DNA of 64,000 nucleotides from Tubiluchus corallicola (Eukaryota; Animalia; Priapulida). The DNA is taken from assembly GCA_030141605.1 (NCBI GenBank), contig JAQGDQ010000457.1:120590-184589 (forward strand), in the 5' to 3' direction. This document shows positions 12,793-25,531 of the stretch, piece by piece. Position 1 is the stretch's first letter, and every line of letters starts with the position of its first letter. The notes beneath the pieces were generated by a model that was not told the DNA's origin, did not search any database, and saw only the letters and a list, made by a program, of their open reading frames with translations. Position numbers and translations under genes: made by a program.

Positions 12793-12890
12793 CTGTGACA
12801 CCAATTCGTCGACTTGCGCTTGCGCCGGCTGGTTCGACGGCCGTGCGTTCTGTCGAGGTTTCCCAGATACTACAACTGTTGGTTTTGAGG
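12793..12890 (-). CDS. MAPRE1: EB1 linker exon (ASKPTVVVSGKPRQNARPSNQPAQAQVDELVSQ)
   Basis: ttgttcatag acceptor, CAG|gtacgt donor; phase 1 to 0 exactly bridges the flanking exons. Confidence 0.88.
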
Positions 12891-13129
12891 CTATGAACAA
12901 ACGTAAGTTGATGAACAATTAAATCATGAACACATACTATTTACGAGCAATCAATCATTTCGCAATTGCATTTCACGAATCAAAGCATGTCCAAGAAGGT
13001 AGAGCGGAGATGAGCATTTAGCTACTTTCTGGCGACCATTTTATAACACTTGTTTGTAAGTTAAAATATAAACAATTTTCTTGGAAGCAAAGTTACTAGC
13101 CACGACGAACATGTAATAATAATCTCAAA

Positions 13130-13690
13130 TAATAATATATACATATTGTCTACCCATTTTGTTATACGGGTGCGAAATTGGGGGTATATCAAACAATGAA
13201 GTTAATGCCATTAGGGTAAAATGATACACTGCTTATAGAAAAATATTCGATTTTAGCCAAAATGAAAGTGTCAAATTGTTGGTGTATTTTTGTGGCATGC
13301 CTGCAATTATTTAATAGATAGTCGAAAATTAAACTTTGTGAGGAAAATTGTAAACTCTTGCACATTGAGAATTCCAAAGCTGTGCTACTATGTAAATAAC
13401 AGTCGAGTAAATTTAAGATTTAAATATGGTTGTACTGTAGATCTAAACGAAAATGTAAAAATTAAAGGTTAAGAACTCATTTAAAGATTATGTTTTAAGA
13501 TATCTATTATAGCTCCTTACAACACTGTATAATGTAATATAATTACAAGGGAACTACAATGTGTGGTTATTATAAAGTTGAATGTCTGTAGATATGTTAC
13601 TTTACTAATATCGCACTACCTATTTTACTAACATCTTTATCTGTGTAAACTGTATATACGAAATAAACTCATAATAATAATAATAATATA
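13130..13690 (+). mobile_element. 3' end of a non-LTR retrotransposon
   Basis: CLPILLYGCEI.. ORF2 remnant, 3' UTR, AATAAA and (AAT)n tail; near-identical inverted copy at about 61270-61715. Confidence 0.75.
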
Positions 13691-14648
13691 TATATATATA
13701 TATATATAAAACATATATTCAATAAGATATGCAATAATAATAATAATAATAACATTAAATATGAGTAAATCTCGAGTGCGGCTTAGAAAATGACATTCGG
13801 ACCATTTACAGAAAGAGAGACACTAATGTAATTAAAATGTATATAGATATTGTAAAAGAACTAACCCAAAATGATCTTATAGTAAATTGATTATACAGGC
13901 ATACTGTTTATATACGAATGACATTAACGTAAGATTATTTATGTATGTAGAAGCTACAACATAATACTATTTGTACATACAGTATAACATATATAAACAT
14001 TGTACGTGAATATTAGATATGTAATTAGATTTAATAAATCATAATGCAGTTGTGTCAGCTTGTTTAGTAAGAAATTGTAACTGTGAGGAATTTATTGTAA
14101 AAATTTATTTAATGTACATAATGTAAAGATTTATTTAACATTTTTGTACTTATGTGCCCTGCAAATAGAGGGCTTATTGTAACATTTTCAATAAAGATTT
14201 TTAATAATAATTAATAATAATAATATCATCTATATGTTAGGGTATAAACTGCTACTACTAAGTGGACACACACGGTCCAACCTGCTATATTTAGTCTTAC
14301 ACTTTAACTAAGTTTCAAAAGCAATTCTAATATATAGTTTTGAAAGGCAAAAGCAAACAGCCAGTAGCGCATTCATCAGATAAATCATATTTTCAGTTCT
14401 TAGCTTGCAGAAAAATCTTGTAGCTGGTGCTAGCATTGCCAGATTGGCGTAGTTTGTGTAGGTATCTAGGTTGAAAGCTTAGTTGCACAAACACACACAG
14501 AAAAGCCAGAAGTCACTAAACTGCATTCACATTTGCAAACCAGCACCCCACTCTTATTTTGTTCTAATGTTTGGCTTGTACAGATTCAGTATCTTAAAAG
14601 CATAATGACGTCTGAGTAGATGGACAGATGAACTTGTACCTTATTTAA

Positions 14649-15297
14649 AGGACAAGAAAAGGGGCACCTGAAGTAGGTTTCAGAAATATCGCCTTAAAAA
14701 ATTATACTACTTTACAGCAATTTTTGTGCGCGTATTGTATTCGTATTGAAAGGAATTTTCGTTTGTTTGCATTTTAAATTTCCCGCAATATTGTTCCGAC
14801 AGCGCCATTACATGACTTCACTAAATTAGTGGAAGAAAAGGCAATGTTAAATTACGACCCAAAAAACCTTTCGTGCAAATCTATATTACTTAGCATTTCA
14901 TTTACCTGCTGGAAAGAGTTATGTAACTAGACTAATAATTTAAAATGTTTGTGCCAATTCGTAAAATGTCGCTGACTCACCCTCCAGGGTGCACCACTCA
15001 CTAGCCAAAAACGTATTTTTAATCTTATTGACAAGGTATAGTAATTTAAAATTTTACTTAATTAGCAACATGTATGTTTATTTTTTCAAACTTTACTCAA
15101 TGTTATCAAAACTTGTTTCAAACGACATACGATTAAAATGGCTGCGCCCAACGGTCATCGCGGGAGTTTAAGTTTACACGTTTCATACAGCCTTACGGCC
15201 GATGCAAGCCCTGCATACGAAGAGGTAGTATGTAAGTGGTATAAAATTTCGAGACGAATTTTTTAAGCTTTATGTAAGTGGAGGGTTTTCTTGTGCT
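14649..15297 (+). mobile_element. Kolobok/T2-like MITE
   Basis: TTAA|aggacaagaaaa ... ttttcttgtgct|TTAA. Copy at 5898-6543; more diverged relatives at about 15450-15912 and 33950-34292. Confidence 0.75.
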
Positions 15298-16357
15298 TTA
15301 AAAGCGTAATGCATAACGTTTGAGTAGATAGACAGATGAACTTGCACCTTATTTAATCAATGAGGTGAAGTGCATCAATGGAAATCGCAAATGGTACTTC
15401 GGTATGAGTAAGTGTATTTTTTGCAAACACTTTGCATAATGAATGGATTAGAGGACAAGAAAATGGACAACCAAAGTAAGCCTCAGCAAATTCACAATAA
15501 AGAAATTATACACCTAAGTATAATCGTAAGCGAATAAAGTACTCACGTTTTCGCATTTACTCCAATTTTTGTAAAATATTGCAACCGCTGCAGTAAACGT
15601 TGGCGCATACATGTTTCATTTAGTCCATCAATTGAAAAGCCAGCATGTGACTGATCACGTGGTATGACATCACTCGAACACAGTCGTAGTGAGTTTTGAG
15701 AACGTGTACGCTAAAGATCTGTGTTGTGGTTTTGTGATGCTGTCTAATATGGCGCCGCCGTGACAGTCTTGCGGGAGTATTTAAAATGAAAAAAAAACAG
15801 GAAATTCTTCTAACGCGAGTATGATAAACGCTTAAGATTGCCTCTAACCATTGTAATTCTTTAGCGAAAATTTTCTGAGACTTGCTTTAACTAGGCCTCT
15901 TCTTATCCTTTAAATAATTGCAGTCATCTGCTAAAATGAAAACAGCTGGATGCCGAAACTTAAAATTAACATAAAATGATCATGCAGATTTTGCAATGCA
16001 CATGCACAAAAAGTGCAGTTAAAACTGCATAGCTGCTTGCAAATTAATGACAGTACAGATTCGCATTGAATGCATACAATTACCTTCATCGTCAAATTTA
16101 CCGCCGACTAAAAATAAGTAAATTGTTTTGTCTTCCTTAGATTTAGATTGTTTAGACTTAATTAGTCCAACAGACTAATTTAAGCTTAATTACATTTCAC
16201 ACTTGCAGGGCAAACAAATCAATACAAACACTTTTAACCCATGCGATAGAATTCTGGAATGGTAGTAATACCATACAGCTGCTAAACGAATCTCTAATCT
16301 ACATATCCACAAACAACTTTATCTAAAGAATACAAAGGTGTTAAATAACAGACAGAC

Positions 16358-16571
16358 CTGGTTTAGTCACTGCTTGCCGTGGGGGCGCTGGTTTCGCCAT
16401 TGGTTTCTTTAATTCCTGCGATCCACCGCCAGTGGAGGACATTACAGTTCTAGACGCTAGCGGGTCGTATTCGTGGCCATCATAGTTTGCATCAAAGAAT
16501 TTCTTAAACCACTGGACGAATTCAAAATTGTCCTGAAACCGGCCTTTGACGAGTCTTTCTATAGGTATTAT
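16358..16571 (-). CDS. MAPRE1: EB1 exon, end of CH domain ([32 protein letters not shown]...)
   Basis: Near-invariant EB1 motif [24 protein letters not shown]; ttttattag acceptor, CAG|gtctgt donor. Confidence 0.97.
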
Positions 16572-16597
16572 CTAATAAAAGCAAATCAAAGTGCTTC

Positions 16598-17031
16598 ATT
16601 ATATTAAGCAAATGTTGCACACTAAAATTATATTATATTAAGCAAATGTTGCACACTAAAATTATATTATATTAAGCAAATGTTACACACTAAAATTATA
16701 TTATATTAAGCAAATGTTGCACACTAAAATTATATTATATTAAGCAAATGTTGCACACTAAAATTATATTATATTAAGCAAATGTTGCACACTAAAATTA
16801 TATTATATTAAGCAAATGTTGCACACTAAAATTATATTATATTAAGCACATGTTGCACACTAAAATTATATTATATTAAGCAAATGTTGCACACTAAAAT
16901 TATATATTAAGCACATGTTGCACACTAAAATTATATTATATTAAGCAAATGTTGCACACTAAAATTATATTATATTAAGCAAATGTTGCACACTAAAATT
17001 ATATTATATTAAGCAAATGTTACACACTAAT
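16598..17031. repeat. 34-bp minisatellite, about 12-13 copies
   Basis: Unit attaagcaaatgttgcacactaaaattatattat. Confidence 0.95.
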
Positions 17032-17405
17032 AAACATTTAAATTTTTTATGCACACGCACGTTTCAAACAGAAGTGACTAAAATATTATATAAAGTTTAA
17101 TGTGATCTGTATTTTTTACACATTTAGGCAACCTGGAAGTCAGAATCCTCACTCATTGACAGCGTTTACTCAAACAATGGAAATTTAGAGGTTTCGTTCT
17201 TATCAAGGATATCCCTCTAAGACGAGCCATTGAACCAACAGAAGTGTCTTAGCCACACTTGGATGTATATGTTATACTTTTGCTCTCTATGGCCAGAAGC
17301 AGTGAGAATCATTATGGCAAATGGAACCAGCAGGAATGAGCACCATTACCCAGCAATCAAGAACCAAAAACAATGGGATAGACGAACCCTGCCCAAACAA
17401 GGCAT

Positions 17406-17723
17406 GGTTGGCATCCTTCTGTCTCGGAAGACAATGGAGTGTGTGCCAAGACAGTCAGTTATTGATCACATTGATGGAGCTGCAGCGTCGACTGTGGCTG
17501 AGCAGTGCAATCCTTGAATGTCTCCAGGGTGCACGCCTGGGCAAGGTGTATGGAGATCCTGAGTTGCCCAGACAACAGGAACCCCCTCTCTTCCTCGATG
17601 GTGTAGTCCAAAGGAAAGCGGAGCGATACGTTTGGCACCAGGTTGGCTGCAGGAGCTGCCGGAGTCACTGAGCATGCTGCACTGGTCCGTCTTCGCGGCT
17701 CCACTCCTGATTTGGAAGGCTCA
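17406..17723 (-). mobile_element. 5'-truncated copy of the 5S-headed SINE
   Basis: Reverse complement of about 41865-42178; 12-bp TSD caaacaaggcat (17394-17405, 17724-17735). Confidence 0.85.
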
Positions 17724-19016
17724 CAAACAAGGCATACACAACAAATTTATTAAAAACGTTTCAAAACAGGTCATGGCATGGATTTTCTTTTCTAAAAAAA
17801 ATCCTACTTACAAAATTGAATGTTGAAATAATTTTTCATGGGATGGCGAATTAATCAAGATGACTAATGTGAGTAAGAAGTCGATATAAAATATTTGACA
17901 TTATGAAGTAAGACACCATGCTACCACTACTATAATCAGTAAAATGTTTAAAAGTTTGATAATATATGAAACTCCCTACACTTCAGCGTTAACCTGTTTT
18001 TACTCTGCAGTGAAAGTAACGGCTGAGCAGTCACCAAACACATAAAGTGACTGATTGGCCATTCCTCTCACTACAGTGTAATAATAGGTTGACTATTACA
18101 GCAGTTAGGTACTACTAGGCCTGATAAGTAAGAGGATTGGTGATCGCTAGAAAAACAGCTCCCAGATAGTTTTATCTGCCATACTGGCTTGGATTATTTC
18201 TCCTATTAGAAGGTATATCATCAAACCTGAATATGGTTAAAATACTGTGACAAGTTAATGCTTCATTGTAGATCACTGTGACTGATAACAAGCTAGATTC
18301 CCGTCCTACCACAAACCATTTACATTAAGCAGGCACTGTCGATAAGTGAAGGATCCCGGGTTTAGAGTGACGAAATTTGTCTGTTATTTTGCCTACTAAT
18401 AAATTTGTTGCACTCAATAATTTAATGATCACTGCATCCTTTCCTTCATTAGTCTAAACTGCAAAAATAACTTTAAGGTCAAATTTATGCTGTAGTGCAA
18501 CGACACGCCAGGAAACCATCTATAATTAACATGAAATATTGATCAAGCATTTCTGTTAAATAAATTACATAAGAGAAACGAAATGTTACCCATTTAAGTT
18601 ATAAAATAGGTCGTAAATAAAGTTATAAAATAGCGCAGAAAAAAGAAGACTTGAATAAACGACAAGCGAACGAGCGACGAAAAGTTTGATAATTCATTAT
18701 GATCAATATGTTCTGATAATTAATTAATGATATAAGCTGTGCATGGCTAACCACACCCACGATTAAGCACAAGTAACTTGATGAAAAATTAACATGCACG
18801 GATATTCAGTGGGCACAAAATGTCTGATTAATAAATGATGACCACACGATTGTACTAGATACAACGGAACAATAACAAACCAACAACACTGGCAAATACT
18901 ATACAAACGGCTAATTTCTGAGTAAATTAGTAAACAAAAAACAGTTTTTACCAACTTCAACAGACAATATGTCTAGATGATATTTACGAGATGTGAAAAA
19001 TACAGATTATGGTGGT

Positions 19017-19272
19017 TAATAATAATAATAATAGTAACAGTAGTAGTAGTAGTAGTAGTAGTAATAATAATAATAATGATAATAATGATAATAATAATAA
19101 CAGCATTAATAATAATAATAGTAATAATAATGATAATAATAACAGTATTAATAATAGTAATAATAATAATAATGATAACAATAACAGTATTAATAATAAT
19201 AATAATAATAATAATAACAGTATTAATAATAATAATAACAGTAATAATAATAATAATGATAATAATAATAAT

Positions 19273-19315
<43 letters not shown>

Positions 19316-19325
19316 CAATAATGAT
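19017..19325. repeat. Compound (AAT)n/(AGT)n microsatellite
   Basis: Seen directly. Confidence 0.95.
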
Positions 19326-19858
19326 TATTCACTTCTTATTATGGAATAGTTGTTTTCCAGTTATTGTATATTCTTTAAATCTTCCAATTATATTTTGAAA
19401 AATCAGCAAGAAAGTTCCATGTTTTGATAGTGATGAATGGAAAGCAGCAGAGCAAAGAGTTGCTTAATTTCATTTTAAACAATACGGATTGTCGTTGTTT
19501 AAAAATACCGCTAATTGCTCAAATTACATTCCAGTTTTATGAATCGACTCAAAGGCCTATTCCTTAGTTCAATTTGTCCATGCACAGTACTGTACGTCAT
19601 CCATGTAAAAATCAATAAATTAGTTATTTATTCATAACTAAAAATTAAAACTAGAATGTGATAATCATACTTGTAAATAGAAAATTTGGTACTCAAAAAT
19701 ATAGTTAAAAGTTTTTCTAATACCTACTAACTAATACTACAACACAGGACAGCAAGTTTAACCCCCAAAAGACTAAACTACAGGAAAAAGGCTTCCCAAA
19801 ATAAAAAAAAATGTAATGAGAAAAGAGGAAATTTTATAAAATAAAGTGATATCTCCAC

Positions 19859-19965
19859 CTTGTCCACACTCATCTTCTTGAAACAGTTCTGCAGCAGCTT
19901 GTAGTTACCAATTGACACATGCTCCAATTTAGAGTTAAATTTACATTTCTTCATACTAATTGAAC
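19859..19965 (-). CDS. MAPRE1: EB1 mutually exclusive exon B ([36 protein letters not shown])
   Basis: 107 nt, phase 1 to 0; tttccgtag acceptor, AAG|gtggag donor; stop-free and colinear with exon A. Confidence 0.85.
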
Positions 19966-20308
19966 CTACGGAAACAAATTGTACAATAATGGTGACATCT
20001 TGCTATTGTGTAATGAGCTTAACGTGCTCACTAGTTCATCACAGAGACCAGCGTTAGACCCGACATTGTCCAGCCGTTTCAGCGAACTCAGATGACGTGT
20101 TTACGGACACTTGTGAAGTAAAGTTCGAGAACTTCTGCAAGGATCGGGGATCAGAGTGGGCTGATAATGGGTATTCCTCGTTAAACTGAGATCAGCATAC
20201 TGCTATAATAGTATAATACTTATAAGTATAAGTATAAGCGGTATAACTGAAGAGAAACAGAAAGGCGAATGGGATCGTGGGCAATTTAGATGTGATCTAG
20301 TAAGACTG

Positions 20309-20694
20309 GATGTTTTCCACCATAAATGTCTTCGGAAATCCTAAAAATATCTTATCGCGACCATGTTACCAATGTGGAAGTCCTACAGCAGGCGCAGTCA
20401 AGGCGGTTGCAGGAAATAGTCGCAGAGAGAAGGCTGAGATTGGCTGGACATATTCTCCGCCTACCAGAACAATGCCACTCCAAAATAGCATTACGCTGGG
20501 AACCACCTGGTGGAAAAAGGAAAAGAGATCGGCCAAAAACAACGTGGCGAAGATCTTTCAAAGAAGACCTTCGGGCTATGAACACACGTTGGGAGAACAT
20601 CGAAAGAGAAGCCGCTGATAGAACCCAGTAGAAAATGCTGTCTGCCCAATGTGCATCCGTGCACGGGAAGGACTAAGGTCTAAGGTAAGGTAAG
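20309..20694 (+). mobile_element. 5'-truncated RTE-clade LINE
   Basis: ILKISYRDHVTN.EVL...RRLRLAGHILR...GKRKRDRPKTTW; (TAAGG)n tail; TSD gtaagactg (20300-20308, 20695-20703). Confidence 0.88.
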
Positions 20695-21112
20695 GTAAGA
20701 CTGCTGAGTTGGCTTTCGATGCGATGTTTCTACTTTCCACTGTTGAGCAATCTCAATAATAATAAGCGCGTTCCCGTAATCTGCTAATAAATCTCGAGGC
20801 AAGACGGTGGAGAAAGATTTCGGGAAAGACCAAAGAATTGTGAAGTGAAACCACACGGATACTACGTGTGAGAAATTAGTAGTGCAAACTGCAAACGTTC
20901 ATGCAAAGCACAGAGCAAGCACATGCATATCTGAAACAGCAAAATCAAAGCATACAAAACCAGAACTGATGGATGATCACTGTCCCAGGTGGTTTGTACG
21001 TACAATTTTGAACTTTCTATCGAAAAAGTGAAACGAATCTGATAAATTTCTCTTCCATAACAGTGATCATTCAATCACGCTGGCGATACAGACATCACTA
21101 AAGTCATTCTAC

Positions 21113-21219
21113 CTTATCCACGTTCAACTTTTTGTACGCAGATTGTAAAATTTTGAAATTGTTGATGTATTCGTGCTCCAGCCGCGTGTTAAATTTAACC
21201 TTTTTCATAGGTAGACAAC
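21113..21219 (-). CDS. MAPRE1: EB1 mutually exclusive exon A (GCLPMKKVKFNTRLEHEYINNFKILQSAYKKLNVDK)
   Basis: 107 nt, phase 1 to 0; catttcag acceptor, AAG|gtagaa donor; canonical KKVKF...LEHEYI.NFKILQ. Confidence 0.93.
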
Positions 21220-21802
21220 CTGAAATGTAGACAGCAAGTGAGGTTATATGAAAAACGAAGAAATGTTATACAGAAGCTTTCGGGAAAATGGAGTTTTCCG
21301 CAATCAGATTTTGCAAGTCTGCTGTGTGAAAGACAGTATGTTAGTTGCACACACGTGGTTCATGAACAGCAATAAGAAACAGCATTTAGACAGTGTCGAT
21401 GCACAAAGCAGCGAAAGACAAAATCTGAAAAACAAGGACAACAGCCCAGCATAATGTGCAAATAGCCAGATCAGACAGGTGGCCAAATGGTAAACATAAA
21501 AAACTGTACAATCTGCCCAAGTATCCGGCACAGAAAGTAACAGCATATTCTTCTGTGATGAGTTCAAAAACTATGAATCTCTGTATAAGATATAATATTC
21601 AATGTTAAGCATAATGATTAACTATATAGTATTTAGGTATAAACTGAAAATTTCATTATTATAACTGATACACTTACTATAATATAGCATTCAAGAAAAA
21701 ATTAAAACAAAAGGAGCAAATGAGTAATCATTCTATAGTAACAACTTAAAACCAGACACTGTACAAACCAGCATAAACTAAGACATTTTCATTTTTTAAG
21801 TA

Positions 21803-22128
21803 CAGTCAACCCTCGTTAAACCGGACTAATTAGGGGGGGTGTCCAGTTTAGCCGATTGTCCGATTTATCCGATATTCCTATATATGATCTATATTATACA
21901 GGAATAATCACCTTAATAAGGCCTATATACATTAAACTATATACTATACTGTCTATTACTTTAAAATAGTTAACCTGTGAGGATAAAGAAATTATTGTAC
22001 AGTTGGTAGGCCGTGTTGTGTTTAGCGCTCGGGCTCGGACGGAAATCGGTCAGTATCCTTTGCCACGGATGACGTCCGTCTTATCCGATATCCGGGCTAA
22101 TGGGGTCCGGTTTAACGAGGGTCGACTG
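21803..22128. mobile_element. Tc1/mariner/pogo-type MITE
   Basis: TA|cagtcaaccctcgttaaaccggac ... gtccggtttaacgagggtcgactg|TA. Confidence 0.85.
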
Positions 22129-22265
22129 TAATTACTAACTGTATTTCAAAAAATTAAATAAAACGTTAAAGGAAAAGTGACTGACACTTATCAAGTAAAC
22201 AAGTTTAATGAATTAATTCGCATGTGAAATTTATTTGCTAACACTACAAGTGAAATATGCCTCAC

Positions 22266-22304
22266 CTGGAAATAACATGTCCATAAACTGGCAATACGCT
22301 GCAC
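22266..22304 (-). CDS. MAPRE1: EB1 39-nt exon (GAAYCQFMDMLFPG)
   Basis: Invariant EB1 motif; tttcag acceptor, CAG|gtgag donor; phase 1-1. Confidence 0.96.
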
Positions 22305-23070
22305 CTGAAATTGACGAATTTAGACAGACTTTCAAAATGACTGACTAACGAATTAAATTAATTTATTAAATTAAACCTCTAAATTAAATTATTAACATAT
22401 TAATGATGAAAAATGAAATTAATGAAACTCTGATCTAGTAAAATTCAGGTATGTAGGAAAATTTGTTTACAAGTGAACTGGTTTACAAGTTTACCAGAAA
22501 ACTGCTTTCGTTTCAATGACAATTACAAAGTTCATTTACCACAACACCTATTCACTGAAAGATTACAAATCAGAATTAGCACTTAGCAACATTATCAACT
22601 AATGAAGAATAGCTGTGGCCATTATAAGAACCTTGCTTGCTTAGCCCCTCAACAAAGAAAATCTCTTAAGCTAAGGCAATGGACTGACAGTGGTGTCTTA
22701 GCCAAATTTAGGTGAATGTACATCCCACTTCAAAGGGGAAACAGCCTGGAGCAATGTGGCTCATTAGACTGCCTAGAACAGTCTTTCTGGCTGTCACCAA
22801 TCCAGTTGGTAAGCAAGAATGAAATGTACTGTTCAACTTTCATAACTGAGCACACATCCTGACTACCTAACTATACTTCACGCGCAGATAAAAGTAACTG
22901 CGCTGTTTTCAATAATTATCAAGGATGTCCATCAAAAATATCCAAGATTGACCAAGTATTTAAGAAAAGCATGAGATAAAGCCAATCATTCATCGCACAT
23001 TAAAAAAGCATAAATTTTATGAAGCTCTGAAATAAATGACACGCCTTTGTATTTATAAAATACAACCTAC

Positions 23071-23191
23071 CTGTGCTTAAATCTTCTATTTTTGTATAAT
23101 TTAGCTGCAAGCATTCATTAACCCAGTTTAACATGTCATGACGACTCAAGTTATCTGTTGTTACGCTCGTGTTGTATACGTTGATGGCCAT
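23071..23191 (-). CDS. MAPRE1: EB1/MAPRE first coding exon ([40 protein letters not shown])
   Basis: Canonical EB1 N-terminus; CAG|gtaggt donor; an upstream acceptor (ttttattgtag, exon start 23223) implies a non-coding first exon. Confidence 0.97.
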
Positions 23192-25456
23192 TCTTGAATA
23201 CCAATATACGAGCTAAAGTAGGCCTACAATAAAACAAAAATAATTTGTAATTAGAGTAACAGGCATTTTTGCAGCTCACAGATCAATTATTTAATGAAGC
23301 TTGGAAGATTAATTACAAGACACGTGATTTAGTTTTCATATTTATATTTGCACTAATGCGAAAATATGATGAAAACTGCACTGAAAGAAGTACAATGCAA
23401 CTATTGTTAACATAAAGTATATTATGTTTTGAATAAGCTGTGGGTTTTGATGTGTGTACATGAAGTGTACTCTAAACTTACGTGACAATGCCAAGTTTCA
23501 TCTGTTACATGTAGGGATGAGAATGACAAATTGCAAAAGACTCTGAAACAGGCTGGGGGTTTAGGGGCCGCGGAGGCACCAGCAACAAATTGCAATTTTG
23601 TGATCATAGAGAGCCTCTATGTGGACTTAAAATATCGATTACTTTGCCCAACTATCAAGGATACATGATACCTAATCGTCTCAAAAATGCCTAAGCACTG
23701 GCCACTCCTATGCAAAAGTATATAAAAACTGTCCGCAATTGACTCAAATAACTTCGCACAATTGATTCTGTATTTTTATACATAGAGATATACACGTGGT
23801 TACATTGATGTACGTGATGTAAACAAAGTGATGGCCCGCCAACTAGCGGTCAGCTTGTGAAATAATGTACTGGGTCCGTAAAAATTTTCTCAATGAATTT
23901 ACACGATTTACAAAAATGGCACTACTGGTCTTCCAAAAACTCGGAATTCCGCGTATTCCCGGAAAATTCTCATCCCTGTACATGTTAAAAGAAATTTTCC
24001 TTTTTGTGATGTCATCACTAGCAGGGTTCATCAGCTTTCAATTACATTTCTAAGGAATGTTTAGCTATCAGAAACATTATGGTAATTATCAGAAATAACA
24101 ATTTGTATATTTTATATTGCTAGTTAAAATGAGGTGTGATCTGAAAGCGTCCTGTTTTCCCCAAATTTAAGTTCTAGTATTAATAACTTTAATTATTTTT
24201 CTGAGCAATTAATGCACAAAATATGACTCTCTGACATCGTGGTATGTTCTTAGCTATCAGTGCAAATTACTCAATTATGTTGGACAAAAGGCAAAGCAAA
24301 AATTTGCAGTAGGGAGCAATTAGCTGGTGACGGGGTAAGTGTTTATTATTTCCTTACAACGTGCCTGCTGAAAATCAGGGAAAATTGACGGAAAATTAAA
24401 TTTTTTTCATTATAGTAATGTAATTTTATACTGTTTTCGTGATATGTTCATATTCATGTGTATGACCATGAATGGCCTGCGTTAGTGATGGTCAGTTACG
24501 GTATTTTTAAAGTAGGATTGGGCCATAAAATAACTTATTTGATGAACTCCGTTAATGTATTTTGGTTTAACCCCTTCAATGCCATGAATTTGTATTGTAT
24601 CTGCCATAGAGGAATGTTTTACGAATAGGAAAAGTTGCTAATGCTACAGACACTACTATGGACAACAGATTGCTAAAGTTTTGGCTAAAGGCATTTTTTG
24701 GTGGTCTATACATTAATTTCTTGGCCAATAGAGAACAGCACCATTGTTTATTTTCAGTAACTTGATTCATGAAGTGCGCCAGGTATACCTGTCAGTTAAT
24801 TTGCATATTAAGCATAGTCATAGTCTTGTCATACAGACCAGTCAGAATAGCATTTTCGTGACAGAAGATGAAATTAACTAATATTTAGGTTAATTACGAC
24901 CTATCTGGCATTGCTGGAACATCATTGCAACAATAGCTAGAAATGGCTAAAAAAACCACAGGGTTAAAAATGTATGATCAAGGCATCAGGTTGGTCATTT
25001 TATATTATTTATAGGGGGTCATTCTTACTTGCTCGGCATCCCCATGTATTATGGTGGCATCGCAGGCCGCAGTTGCTTCACCATGTATAGTAGCAACTGT
25101 AGCACTGCTGTGCTCACTATGCGCTGCAGTGGCACTGATGTAGTACACAAGATGGCACGCTCCGCAGTACAGAGAAATGTCGAGCAAGCGTGAACGTCCC
25201 ACCTAGTACCTACGATGTATGTAATGAACATACGATCATGAAGAGTATGATGATGAATAGCCATAAATAAACGGTAAAATTATGACTCAATGAATACATT
25301 CTAATATGGGCTATATTACCTCTTCGGTAATTTAGAGCTGTTAACTATAGCAATAATTATGTCAATTCATTGCCCACTACTTATGCACATTATTTATGAT
25401 CGAAGTGTGTATTATTCACTAACAAAAAGATAAATAATTTTGAACAAAATACTTAC

Positions 25457-25531
25457 GAAATACGAAAATTCACTAACCCACTTCGTGTCTTTGATGTCTG
25501 ATCACCGGTCTCGGAGCATTGATCACGTGAC
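25457..25531 (-). promoter_or_regulatory. Candidate EB1 non-coding first exon and promoter
   Basis: Minus-strand gtaagt donor at 25456-25451; E-box tcacgtga at 25523-25530. Confidence 0.4.

Noticed and set aside
17230-17826. Multiple overlapping ORFs (also 41830-42280, 43255-43628) as genes
   Set aside because: Chance frames in the GC-rich SINE body; frames are not preserved among the three copies.
18973-19398. Homopolymer-rich ORFs (poly-I/N/L/Y; also 34385-34810, 51808-52392, 54123-54396, 45841-46286)
   Set aside because: Translations of microsatellites.
24571-24963. TTAA-CCC...GGG-TTAA piggyBac-like element
   Set aside because: The inverted match does not extend beyond 3 bases.
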